From Azolla caroliniana (taxonomy: Eukaryota; Plantae; Polypodiophyta), in NCBI GenBank assembly GCA_043228905.1, contig JBHGNT010000001.1:35278001-35342000 (forward strand): DNA of 64,000 nt, given 5' to 3'. This document shows positions 50,564-63,995 of the stretch, piece by piece (position 1 is the first letter of the stretch; each line of letters opens with the position of its first letter). The notes beneath the pieces are model-generated. The model was not told where the DNA came from. It saw only the letters and a list, made by a program, of their open reading frames with translations, and made no database searches. A program made the translations under genes and the position numbers.

Positions 50564-53500
50564 ATGATGATGATGGAGGGGAAGGAGTCTGGCTATGTCG
50601 CGAGAAACCCCAACAACACTGTTTATGACATAAATCACAATGATGATGATGATGGTAATGACGCAGATGTTGATTCCTGGGGAGTCCTTATCGCTGTCTC
50701 TGATAAGGCGAAATCAAGACCTCAGGCGAGTTCCTTCCCCCAAGCGCGTTGTAAGAACTATATCAAACAAATTTCGTTGAATTCTTGGGATACCATGTGT
50801 TTTTCATTACAATAGGAATTAAACCAGTTGAAAATCATGGAAAATTCTGTGCTTTTCTTAAGGCATTTATGTATATGAAACTGGAAAAGAAAATGCAGTT
50901 CAGATTCTATATGTTTCTGTAAGAAGTAAACTGATTTGGTAGACTCTCGGTGTTGAAATATATGAAACTAAGTCTTTTATCACATATATATGAAATTAAC
51001 TTTGTTGAATTCTTGGTAGATTATGTGTTTTCAGCACAGTTTTCACAAGTAGTAAAATCTTGTACTGATTGTGGTTTTGTAAGAAGGAAGCTCAGTTACA
51101 TTCTTGGTTGAGTCTTTGTGTTTCCTTAAGCTTTTTGTAAGAAATATATCAGACTAACTCAGTTGAATGCGTGACAGAGTTTGTATGTTCCTTGAAATTA
51201 TCATGTTGTAAAATTTTTATCAACCCTTGTCGTTTGATAATGATCCAGTGCTCATAAAAAACTATTTTCTCCTACTGGTTAAATACATGCTAATTAAATA
51301 ATTGCTGGTATTATTAAATATGACCTGGTTTTACACATATTTAAATTTAAATTTCACTAAAAATCTTGTGTCTTAAATTGAGAAACGATACATTTTTACT
51401 GGTTTAGATAAGGGCGGTGATTTCAACTGCCAGTCTTTTTATTCATCTGTAGAATACACTACACCTCTGTTTTTTCGTGAGCAGTGGAGATATCTGCGCC
51501 TATAGTGTAGATGTAGAAACCAGACTCAATTGGGACTGTTCACGCACTGGAAAGGGAAGACACTAGTGATGAGAAGCAGGGACCGGTATTTCCACCTGGA
51601 ACGTCATAAGAGTGGGAATTTAACAACTTTTAGGAACAAGAGGCCAAGGCCAATCTCATGATGAATTTCATATACCCCTGGGGGAGATCCAAAGAAACAC
51701 CTTGAGGCATATGAAATAATCTTGGGTGTGATTTGAACTCCTCATACGAGCATGGACTCTTGTAAACCTCATTCTAAATTATGGTTTTCTTCTAACCTGG
51801 ACTCTTTCTTTACCTCTCTGCATCATAGGGATAGGAGACAAGTGAACGAGAATGTATAGATGCAGGGCAAGGAATGGGAGGAAAGATGGTCACAACATAT
51901 AGAAAATCTAAATAATCTTGATTATTGACGTATTTTACACTGTGAAATCTTTACATTAAAACGATAGAGGCTGATTAACCTTAAATCATAGAAGAGCTAG
52001 AACTTAACAAATATATATGAGAGTAAAATCAAATAATGAAGCTTAAAACATTTGATAACAGCATGTCAATAGTCTGTTATAAATGATGTATTCATAACTA
52101 AAACATGGCAAATGTGCCATAACTCGATGACGCAGAATTAATCATAACTATGGCCTAAGCTGAATATATAAGTTTTGCGATTATAGATCTCCTTACTGTA
52201 GGTTAATTCTTATTCAAAAGTCCTCTATATGAACTTCACCTAATAAAATTCGTTCTGGTTTTTGCACCCTTGCAAAACATCCACACATTTACACAGATGA
52301 CGCTAAACTGTTTGATTTTGCTGCTCTGACAGTTGCACGTCTTTAAAGCAACATGACAGTACAGGCTTTATAAATGTTCTATCATCCTATCACGATTCAT
52401 GAATCATGATTACAGCCTGCAGGGAAGTATTGAAATCACTTTATCAATCCAGAAAAGAGTTTAGTGTAATGTCTTATCTCAAGGGATCAGTTCAACCCTA
52501 CATACAATGGAGGGCAATAATATGCAAGAAAATAACAAATTTTTAGGTGATGTTTTTGGTATATGCATCATTGATGGCATAACTCCTCAGTAGAAGAAAA
52601 AGAAGTAAATGTGAGTCATGTCTATATGTTTTGATTTGTGTCAGGCATCTACCATCTTTTTGTTTGACTGCTGGTTTGCTTGCTGCTTATAGTTTGTGAT
52701 ATCTTCTTGATGGTTTTATGAATCACTCCTTCATATAGAGTTTTTAGGGTTACCATGTCAGGGGAGTAACTCATTTGTTTGAGAAAGAATACAATTGATT
52801 GCTTCATTGAGTCGATTGTATGTTGTTAGAGACTTTTTTAGGGTTACCAATGTGGGTGAATAACTGATTTGTTTGAGAAAGACTTTTTTAGGATTACCAT
52901 GTCGTTGGGTGTATAAGTCGTTTGTTTGAGAAAGAGTTCCATTGGCTGCTTCATTGAGTTGATTGTGTTAAAGACTTTTTTAGGATGACCATGTCGTTGG
53001 GTGTATAAGTCGTCTGTTTGAGATAAGAGTACCATTGGTTGCTTCCTTGATTTGATTGTCTGTTGTTAAAGAGATTTTACGGTTACCATCTTGGGTGTAT
53101 AAGTCGTTTTTTTGAGAGAGAGTACCCTTAGTTGCTTCGTTGAATTGATTCTATGCTTTTTGATTGTCTGTTGTTAGGGTTACCATGTTGGGTGTATCAG
53201 TCGTTTTTTTGAGAGAGAGTACCCTTAGTTGCTTCGTTGAATTGATTCTATGCTTTTTGATTGTCTGTTGTTAGGGTTACCATGTTGGGTGTATAAGTCG
53301 TTTTTTTTGACAGAGAGTACCCTTAGTTGCTTCATTGAATTGATTTTATGCTTCTAGAGGTAATCGCCCAAGATTCATTCTGAGGATTGAAGGTTCATTT
53401 GATGCATCAATGGTTTTTTTGCCTATATACAGCTCCTACAAACCCTTCTAACTTGGTGGGTAAGCTAATGAGAGCAATTCATAAAACGATTAGCCTTATC

Positions 53501-56500
53501 ATATTTCTGATTCACAATTGCTACTTAAACAGTTTTAATGAATCAAATGGTGCTGAGTCCTGACTATTCTAGTAAACCAACAAATTGTAGATGTATACTT
53601 ATCATGTCAACAGCTCCAAAACAACTGCTCTGAAATGCCTCTGATCATTCATAAGATGCTCACTCATAAGATCTCATGCATAACTTCAACTTCTGACTTA
53701 TGTATGACAGGGCCTTCAAATACATTTGCACAATAGTGAGCATGTTTTGGGACGCTTAGTGAAGGACCCCTGTTGCAGATTTGATTCATTAAATGTCAGT
53801 GCGAAGCATTGCACGATCTTTCGGAAGAAAATTAAAGCAGAAACTCTTGTTCCTGTTCATGGCACTGAGATAGGGGATTGTTGGCTTGTTTACATCAAAG
53901 ACTCGAGGTTATCTTTACTATAGATCTGTTGAATGGTGTAATTCTGTATGTTCACTTCCTCCTCTAACAAGGGGTTCATACCCATTGAAGTTTGTGCATG
54001 CAGTTCCAATGGGCTAATCTTTGAATTCCCACAATATTTAGCTGATTTTTGGCTGTCCTACTATAATTTACTCATTGCTGTAAAATTCGACCAAATTTGA
54101 AAAGCTTTGATCAGAAAAATAGCCCAAAAAACCCCAAAATCTGGCAGTGAACAGCCTTAGCTTTTTAAGTGGCTACATTTTGCTCAAATTTTTGCATGCA
54201 GCTCGAATGGGACTTTTATCAATTGTCAGAAGCTGGTGCGTGATAATCCAGAGGCACGGATTAAGGATGGAGACATTATTTCTTTAGTCAATACTCCTGA
54301 GCATGGTAAGAAATCTTATTGTGCGCATTGGAGGTTTTGTGTGTCATCTAGAGCTGGCCAAGTTAGCATCAATATTTGGGTTGAATGTCTGTAGAATGAA
54401 AATTTATAAATACTTTAACCCGGTTCTTTATAATGGTATTGACTCGTTTGTTTTTATATAGAAAATGCGTATTCTTTTTTATACCAAGAGATAAAACCAA
54501 CTGTACAACCAAATGGATCAGCATTAGGCGCCCTGAAGAGAAAGCCTCCATACAGTAAGTTTTATGTGATGATGTAGACATAATTCACAAAATCTGCATC
54601 CCCGCATGTGTTTATTTGTTAGTATAAACTTCTTGCTTACTCTTAAATTTGACAACGTTTTGATATGTACCATTCCTCATATGTGATAAATTTTTTGAAT
54701 GTATCAAGTTTCTGGTAAAACTGTTGCCTAGCAGATAGTGAACTTATGGGAGAATCGTGCTCAAATATCAATAAACGTGTTCAGGGAGTAGGAACTGGGG
54801 GGCTACATGGGTCAGTGTGTTTGGATGATGTCCAGCAACTACAGCAAAGAAATAAGGCGATCTTTCCACTTGATTCGTCTGTTATAAAATTCATGCAATG
54901 CTATTTTTTGAACTTTAATGGTTTCTCAAGTATGTGGTGGTGGAGACATCGACCTGCGCCTCTGGGCATATGCACAAAAATGAAATCTAATTCTGTATTC
55001 CAAACAGGAACTGCAAAAGCAAGTGGAAGAACATTTGTTATCCATTGATAAATTGTGTGCTGAATCTCACTCTGTCACAGCAGCACATGATGCAGTGAGT
55101 CCGTAATAGATTTTCATAAGTAGAAGCATGTGGTATGATTTCGGGAATAATTCTTAATGTTGTTCCATGCAGGAGATGAAAGAACTTAGGGAAACCCTTT
55201 CAACTGTGTTTCTAGAACAGATTAAGAACCTTCACACTGAACTTTGGAAGAAAGAAAAAGATTTAGATAGCATCAGTTCCTTACTTACGCAGACACAAAC
55301 TCAACTAGAAGAGAGAAACCGGTGTCTAGCAGCTATGCTTCTATTATGGCAAGATGCAGATGACGTTATAAGTAGGTCTGTCTAAGAGGTTTTAATGTTA
55401 ATTGAACCATTTTTCATGTGTGACCATCAATGTTTCCTTATTATTTCAGTCAAAAGTTGAAAATAGATAATCTCAAGCAACGCGTGGAGGACGAGTGCGC
55501 TCAACACAAGAGTGAAAAAGAGAGGGCTGAAATAGATTTTGTAGCAGAAATTCGGAGAGTACACTATCAAGCTTCTGAAGAGTTAAAATGTAAATCAGAA
55601 TCTCATGCAGAGGAGCTAGAAGGCTACATTATCAGAATAAGCAAACTGGAGGAAACAGAGAGGGAAAATCGTTCTCTCATTGAAACACAACATTTAAAAC
55701 TGGTAACATTATGATGGCTAATGTTTTCAGTATCTGTTAACTTTTGAATAACTGGACGTCTTTCTATGTTATGTGACCAGGAAGAAATTAAGGTAAGCTT
55801 AATAAATGCTGATCAGCGTAGGACAAGTCTGGAATTACGTCTTCAGGAGGAAGAATGCTCTTTATCAGTTGCCAGAAAGGTACACGCCAAAAGCTCAATT
55901 GAGTTTTTCTTCATTTAAATAATGGTAGCTCCCAGCCAGAGTTTCATGTCATTTTCTGCAAACTTACAGGAAATAACTGAAAAAGAGCTGCAGCTGCAAT
56001 CTATTGTCATGGGAATGCTTAAAGAGAAGGTTCATCATCTCAGTCTATCTATGGTTTTGACTTCATGTATCATTCCAATATATCTTTCTGCATTATTTGT
56101 CCTAGAGGACACTAGTTCTTGCATCATGTAGCAGTTACGTCTAATGGAATGGAAGGTAAGATTTTGTTAAATGTATGCATATCAACAACATGAGTAGCAT
56201 ATTCATTGAATGTGGTATATGGTGGTAAGGATATATGATCCCGATAAAATAGATTATTTCCCATTGTAACGAAACAGGGGTACGTGGCCAAAATTTGCAG
56301 TTATTCCCAGTGTAGAATACTTCACATCTTTCGTAGTTTGTTGATTTCTCTGAAAAACATGGTATATTTCACCTGTAATTAACCAAAACTTGGATTCAGC
56401 TAGTGCCATTTAATTTTGGATGCTCTATTGCTAATTTGATTACAAGATGCTTTATTGCAGTTTGTTAAAGACGCAGCTTTGGCTCAGCTATCTGCAATAC

Positions 56501-57365
56501 AAGTTAAAATGCGAGAAGTACTTCATGAATTAGCAGTACAGCATAAAGAAGCTCAAGAGTCTATGACCTTGAGGTAATGAACTTCGCTTGAACTTTGATC
56601 TTGACTTGGCTGACATTACCCTTTTCATGGCTTTCAGGCAAATTCAGTTGCATGTTGTTCAGATGACAGCTGAAGAAATTGCAATTCTCCAGAGGAAACA
56701 AGAGCAGCAGTTGAAGGAAATGATGAGAGTTTTGGATGGTGAAAGACAAATTAAGTGCTACTAGTCAATCTTATCTGGAACGACTGAAGAGAATCATGAA
56801 AAAATTTGATACTCTAAGTGGTGCAATGCAAGCTCATGAACAAAATGTAGAAGCGAATAATAAAGGAAGAGTGGATGATTCGTCCAATGGAGAGAAAAAT
56901 GACACAGTTGTGGCATGTAATGCATTAGAAGAAAAGACAAATGATACAGGTAATGCTGAAGAAGAAATTGGGGGGGATGCAGGAATATGTAGAAATTGGG
57001 GGGGATGCAGGACTTCAAGTGACTACAGTGTGCATGCCTTTGAACAACATGAACTGAATGTGTCTTCTAATGGATACTCCAAGGAGGATTTGTTGCTTGA
57101 TAAACATGATAAATACCTGAATGAGACACAGGATTTAGAAACTGAGAGAGCTAAGAATGATATGATGAAAGCATGCAATGGCGACACACAGTTGCTGGGA
57201 ACCCAAAACAATACCGAAGGTGAAAAATATATAGTTGAGGCAACCCAGCTGTTAGATAATGAAAGCAGTGTTGCAGTAATGGCTGATGTTGGAGATACTC
57301 TACTGCTTGAAGGTGAAAATGATACTTCAGAAATTGAGAATATTCACAGTTCAGAAGTCAATTGA
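50564..57365 (+). CDS. SMAD/FHA-domain coiled-coil protein (At2g45460-like), multi-exon
   Basis: WGVLIAVSDKAKSRPQ|GLQIHLHNSEHVLGRL..VSAKHC..VYIKDS|SNGTFIN..DGDIISL..PEH|ENAYSFLYQEI form an FHA domain (GR, SxxH, NGT). Coiled-coil exons and an acidic tail follow. Start codon uncertain (50525 or 50564). Confidence 0.85.
52740..53360. repeat. Degenerate ~90-95 bp minisatellite (about 7 units) in the first coding intron of the FHA gene
   Basis: Recurrent TTAGGGTTACCATG..GGGTGTATAAGTCGTTT..TTGAGA..GAGTACC..TTGCTTCATTGA. Confidence 0.88.
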
Positions 57366-58324
57366 ATCAAATTGGAAATAATTGTGGATCTATTCTGGTG
57401 ACCTGTTAGTTTGTTGCAGTAATGAGTTAATTATGCCATCGTAGTACAATTCTTCAGCCTGTAGTGTTTAACTTTGACAAGTAGTTCATCAGTGTCATTG
57501 TACATCTAGAACATCATACACTATCAAATTAGCTCCATATTTCACTTGATAACCAGCTGCAAGAGTTTCAATTTCTTAGGGTGTGCTAAACATCACTTTT
57601 CTTAGCCTCTAATATTAATGCTTGTGTGAATCCAAAGGGTTAGCCTAAACATCAAGTTACACCTTTTGTGAGCATGTATGAATATCGGTGGGGCCTGACA
57701 ATGACCCTACACCCCTTCCCTGAAAGGACTTGTGGTAGAATGCTCATTGCTACTACATATGGAGCTTGCTGTTTCACATTCTAAACTCTTGGAAAGTTGT
57801 GGAATCCACTCATGTACATGCCAAATTTGTGTGAGATGAAAGCATCAAGTATCTGTGTTCAATACATGGTTCACATGTTCTTTTAAACAATGATAGAATT
57901 AACTTAGTTAGATTCACTCTTCTGTTCATGTTCTTAGTGCTAATATAAAACTCTATTTTCTCTACTGTACCTTTACAGTGAATAACCATTAATACATTCT
58001 CATGTTTTCGCACAGTTATGATAAAATTGCATCCATGTGTATGGGATAATTATATATTCAAGTTAAATATTGTATCCCACAATGATTTCAGATACTTTTC
58101 CACGATCTCTTAACGATCATTATAGTTTCTGAGGTTTCATTAAGAACCATTACAAATAACAATAGTAACCTCTAATGAGTTTTAATTACAATGAACCAGA
58201 GGCCCCAAAACAGATGTAAGAGAAGGTTGCACCTATAATGGAACATAGTATAGATATATACAGTAAAGAAGTGTCCAATGGAACTAGGTCTTTTTATGAC
58301 AAGCAAAAAAGACTCAAATATGAT

Positions 58325-59511
58325 TCAAGATTTGAGGAAAGAATCGTTTGATTTGGGGACTGTTATCCTTTTATTCGATGATGATGACGATTCTTTTATT
58401 TGAACAAGTTGATACATCATTTGACTGATACCCTACAGTTTTCAAGCAGGAAAATTAGCAGGGGAGCAATGCAGCACATTTGGAAAGGTGAACAGATATA
58501 ATTAATTAAATCCCTTAAAAGCCATGCATCATTACTTAATTAAATTATGTGATACATGACATTCATCAACTACCTTGAAGACATGTAAAAACAACATTGA
58601 GTAATCACCTTTGAGACAAGTAAAACATCATTAATTGATCATTTTAAAGACATGTACGTATGCATGTAAAAAATCATTAAATAATGGAAATAAACCAAAA
58701 TACCCTTAAATGTGCTTGATATTTACTAGATTACCCCTAAATTTTCAAACTTACCTTGTAATGTTTGAGAAATTGGGGTAACTCAGAATAAATTCCACAC
58801 AAGGGTATTTTAGCGTTTTGTACTCTAAATGACTACCTTTCCTCCAGCTTTGGACAATAAGTGGCACCGCAATTTACAATAATGCAATCGCAAACGCTGC
58901 CACCCACTACCGATCAGCACCAGTCCTATAACAGTTGCAGCTAATGCTATTGAGCAAAAGGTGCTACAGCTCCCTGCTTCACATAACCAAGCTCCAACAT
59001 GTGCCCTCCAAGATGGTTCTTTGGTGTTTGTTATCTCCACCTCTTCGATACCTTCCTTTGGCGGTGAAATATCATTTAATAGGGTAGCACCAGATTCGCC
59101 TACAGATACCTCTCGTTCCCTTAGAAGATGATCAGATGATCCTTCCCTATAGTCACTCGAACAGCTTTTGGAAGAGCTATCATCATCTTCGCTAGAAAAT
59201 GGAAGAGCACAACTCCGAATTGGGGTAGATGGCTCTATCCAATCAATCTCGATAATACCATTATTGGCAAATACGGTTTCTTCAACAGGGGGATTATTCA
59301 ATAAGTCATCAGATGGATTAGCAAAGTAATTCATGTTGATTAGCTGACCCATTGCATATGAAGATGTGCCATCATCACATTCATGCTCTAGGTTCTTACA
59401 CGACGATGAGGATGACCATGTCTCAAGCTCATGGAGAGCAGAGGAAACAAAATCCCAATTATCTTGAGATGTATCAAATCCCTTGCTAACCTCACCTGAA
59501 TTATCCACCAT
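58325..59511 (-). CDS. ATG8-interacting protein 1/2-like membrane protein, two coding exons
   Basis: Exon 1 59511-58837 and exon 2 58432-58325. N-terminal AIM-like WDFV, acidic disordered middle, TM segment SIALAATVIGLVLIG followed by WQ, and a short C-tail, as in ATI1/ATI2. Confidence 0.7.
58697..58811. repeat. Hairpin / MITE-like inverted repeat in the ATI-like intron
   Basis: AAAATACCCTT...AAGGGTATTTT with inner arms TTACCCCTAAATTTTCAAAC / GTTTGAGAAATTGGGGTAA. Confidence 0.75.
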
Positions 59512-60446
59512 TTCTTACCTGAAACATTGACATGACATATACATGTGTTACAACACATCAGCTAAAAATGGATAACTAGGAATTAATAATATTATCAAAT
59601 TTATAATGCCCAGGAGATCTGGATAGTGAATAAAGCACACAATATGGTATATGCTGGCACCTAGGCAAAGCTGAATGAGCAGATGATAAGTTCGTGCATT
59701 AAATCTCATGCCTGAAAGATCGACGTGTTACAACACATCTATTAAAAATAAATCCATTAAACCCGGATCAAATTTATGATGCCTATGAGGTCTGGACAGT
59801 GAAGAAAACAAATATGGTATATGCCAGCACCCAGCCAAAGCTGAATGAGCAGATGATAGTTCATGCATAAAATATACAGATGATGCCATTATAGTATCAT
59901 ATAAGAGATGCGCATGTACATATAAATACAACTCCTCGTTTTATCCTTTTCATTAGTATCCGTGTTATTTATCATTACATTCATGAACATGACTAATCTT
60001 AAAATTCCATGGCCATCATTATGTTAAGCTGTTTTAACCTCCCTTTTCTATATTTATTTTGGTTAGTTGTTCTCAAAGATGAGATGATTTTAAGATGTAA
60101 TCTCATTTCAGTCTCCTAAGCCATTTTAGTCTCTCAAAAGACATTAATATGTATTTATTACTTTAGCTATCAGGGCCCAAATGCTTCCCTTGATCATAAC
60201 TACCCTCATCTTGATCTTTTCAATAGGTCCCCAATTAGTCTATTAGCTTCTAAATATCCATAATTTAATGATAATTAACAATATCCATACATCCTGTAAG
60301 ACCAAACAGTAATTTATAATAGGGCAAAGAAAGTCAACAACAGAAGAGAAACAGAAAGGCAAAGACTTGATGAATTGATGAAAAGTAAAGGATACTGCAT
60401 ACAATACAGCACTATGATCATCAACTCTACAATATAAAACCTTGTC

Positions 60447-61556
60447 TTCCATGCCTGAAGTCTGGCTTGATCAATAGTTCTTCAATGTGTGCAAGTGCCA
60501 TCCATAATATCCTGCAAATCTGTTTTTGCTCCAGATTTTTCACAATGTACTTTTGGGGCCATTGAAGCCTAAATGCTAGCCTGATCCATCGTTAAGGGGC
60601 TGTCAGAATAAGCCCCTTGGTTATGGCTTTGTAGCTGACTCATTTTAATCAAATAATAAATTGGAAATTATTACACAGATCACGATGTAAACTGTATTAA
60701 AACAATAAAGAAGGCATGTACAAGAGTTGTTTCAGAATATTGAAATGCACTAATGGGGTATTTGTTTTGATGTTCTCTTTTATTTTTTCCTTTTTTCCTT
60801 TTCCAGGTTGAATAACTTAAGAGTTGTTCATATTAGACCAAATGAATAGAGTATATAAGACTTCTGTTTTTACCCAAATATTGAAATATAACAATAATAA
60901 TTGTTTTGCTTTCCTTTTATTTGCCATGTCTATTTTTATCTTTTGAGACCAAAAACCTAAATTCCGTTATATTACAGCTATAGTGGAGATGGCATAACTT
61001 TCTCTAGGCCATGCAGAAGAAAATTGAAGCTTGCAGTTCGTAAGCAGCATTGCTAGATTCAATTTCAACATGCATGAGATAAAAAGTTTGCCATCTCTAT
61101 TATAGTTCTCTATATAAACACCTGTAAGCTATCAGCCTAAAACAATAAAAATAGAAATGGCAAATAAAAGAAAATGTTAAAACAAAAAATTGCCAGGATG
61201 ACATTTCATTATTTGGAAAAGACAAAACTCTTATATATAACACCTTCACTTGATCTAATATATAATATAAATTTCTTTTTGAGAAAACTCTAAATTATTG
61301 GCCTTGAGAAAAAAATTGAGCATGACCTAGATAAAAGTTATCTGTAGAGTCTGTAAAGTCATAAAGACACTTACCTGAATGCCCTTAAAAATGGGTCAAA
61401 TAGAATTTCGGCTATAATGGACTCAAAAGTAAATGTAAGAAATCAAGGATATCAGAAACTATTGTATATGGAATATGCGGAACAGATTTGCAAAACATCA
61501 TGGATGGCAATTGTACAATCAAACCCAGTTGATCAATACACTCTTCAAGCATGGAA
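60447..61556. repeat. ~1.1 kb imperfect foldback (long inverted repeat)
   Basis: Arms match in reverse complement from the tips (TTCCATGCCTGAAG / CTTCAAGCATGGAA) to the centre (AAATTGAA..TTCAATTT, ~61020-61066). Confidence 0.85.
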
Positions 61557-62059
61557 AGTAAGAGATCTCACACAAGGAAGGAAACAATGAAGCATATCAT
61601 TGATCGGAGACAGAAAGAAAGAAAGAAAGAAAGATATATTAACGTTTTTTAAGAGGCCAAAATGGCCTATAAGACCAAATAAGAGATTACATCTTAAATA
61701 TCTGACTGTTGCCAAGGATATATGGGATATCCTTAAGCTATTAAATAACCTTATCAATGATTTATCCAAGATCTAAGATTCTTTGGTTATCAATGATACA
61801 TCAATGATGCTTTGGTTACAATGGAGATGAAGGAAGCTTTCCTCACTCATTGGCAGCATTATACAGTTAAGTCCAACATTGCTAAAAATATTCATGCCAA
61901 GATAAATTGCTATTGCAAACTCTCACATCCTCTCTTTTTTCGTAAATCAATGTTTGTTATTAAAACAAGATGATAATACAACCATTGCTATCTTCACTAC
62001 TTCATAAATAGTGATAGTGCAAGGGAAACCCTCTCAAGTGTTGCAAAACTAGATGACAT

Positions 62060-63350
62060 ACCTCTGTCTCCTCTTGGGACACCGTCCCCATGCAATATAG
62101 TTGTGAAAATTGCCAAATCAACATAGTTGTGTTGCCCCATGAAGTCCATCAAACAAGAACCCATTTCTCATGGTCCAGTTATACCACATCCCCCAATACC
62201 TAAGGTAGTCAAACACAACCTTATATGATGGTGCGGCCATAGCTGTATCCGCATCAATAAAAACCCACTTAAAAGCTGACAAAATATTTCCTGTTATTGA
62301 TGCCCAAATTTGTGATGTAATCACCCAAATGACTTTAGCAACGGGACATGTAATGATCTGGCATTTTCTTCAACCACCAACTATGGCACGCCAAAGAAAC
62401 ACCTTTGCACAAAATGGAAGATGAGACTGCCATCCTGCATGTAAAACTTTACACCACCACTTTACATGTCGGTAATGTACCATGTAACTTTACATCTCAC
62501 ATGCTCTTGGAGTGCCTTTGTTAGCCTCTGTTGTAACTCAATAAATAATACATTTCTGGATATCATGTTCAAAATCAAGCCATTGGGCAAAAAAAACCCA
62601 TTCAACAAAACTGTCACCGTTGTTGGCATAGTAGCCCATGTCGGAGCCACATTACATCCAAAATTAAAGCCTATGTGGCAGTCCATCTTCATTTAGCTCA
62701 GCTACTATGGAAAGCCGATCACATTCAGTGTCATTGTTGAAAGAAGCAGGCAGATACAAACAGATGGTGCACAAGAAGTTTGTGCTATGAAGGGCAAAAT
62801 TCTTAACCTCGAAACAGTCAGATATTCTCAAGTACCAATTCCCAGTTAAGCCTTTCTGCCTCAAGAAAATAGTCAGCTCATTTTCAATCCCTTGCACTTG
62901 AGAAAAACAATGTCATGCATCAACACGATACACCATATGTGTCAAGGGTAGACAAATCGAAATAAACGAGAGAATGGAGCAAGTTTCTGTCACATCTTGA
63001 GACACGATGAATAAATTGACCATAATGAAAGCAAAAAGTCTAAACAGACATACTTCACAAAAGGATTTAGTGGGAAACTGTAGGTAAGAAGCTGTAGGAG
63101 GGAAACATGTAGAAGCAGCAAAGCAAACAGGAAGAGACACAAAATAAGAAAGATGCAAGTAGCAAAATTGAAACAAAATCTAGTTTCTTTTTTCTGCCCA
63201 GAATATGCATAGGCTAGCCTTTCAAGCATTACATATTTCACTGGTTATGGGACACACCAGGAATCGTTTTTTGTGTCCAGACTTTATGTATAAGCTAAAA
63301 CAACATTTCAAGCATTATATATTTGACTGATTATGGGACATACTAGGAAT
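62060..63350 (-). mobile_element. Decayed L1-type LINE ORF2 C-terminal region
   Basis: Minus-strand fragments KVFLWRAIVG, CPVAKVIW and WYNWTMRNGFLFDG resemble the zf-RVT and W..RN..IF region. Frameshifted. Confidence 0.65.
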
Positions 63351-63376
63351 AGAAAATACTTCATTCGAGCTGAAAC

Positions 63377-63995
63377 ATGATTTAATGGCTGAACAGCTTA
63401 ATTGTTTTGGTTCAAGATCAAAAAAATTGTATATATTTCGGTTTGGCTTGGGGGTTTAAGGTTTCGGTTTGAGCTTCTATCAACTTAACAGTTTGAGGCT
63501 TAATCATCTTCAAACCGCAGCTTAAAATGCTTAACAGTTTGGGCACACGTATTTTTGAAATATTCATGGAATATATGTAACATGTAATATGTAATATGTA
63601 ATATGAAGTTTTACCTTTGAACCAATAAATCTTTAAATTTTTAGTTTTCATTTAAGTTTCAAAAAAATCAGTCCTTTCTTGAAAACTTGAGTGTACATCT
63701 GCCAATAATTCGGTTTGAGTCAAAACCGGACCATGAAAACATGGCTTAATGGCTTAATGTTTCATAGAGCTCTTGAACCCTTTGGTTTGAGGCTAAAATT
63801 TCCTCAAACGGTTTACTTTGAATGGTTTCTGTTTAAATAGTTTTGGTGTAAAGGTTTCACCATTTGGTTTAGTTCGGTTTAAGTTTTAAGATTTTTAAAT
63901 GTTTTGGTAAAACAGTTTCAGATTTAGACTCCCGAACCAAAAGCTAGAACATCCACAAATATAAAAATATGAAACTCAACCAGCTTAAAGCCATG
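63377..63995. mobile_element. Non-autonomous DNA-transposon-like sequence rich in GGTTT/AAACC motifs
   Basis: Many TTCGGTTT/AAACCG motifs and loose inverted ends (CATGATTTAATGGCTG / CAGCTTAAAGCCATG). Confidence 0.35.
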
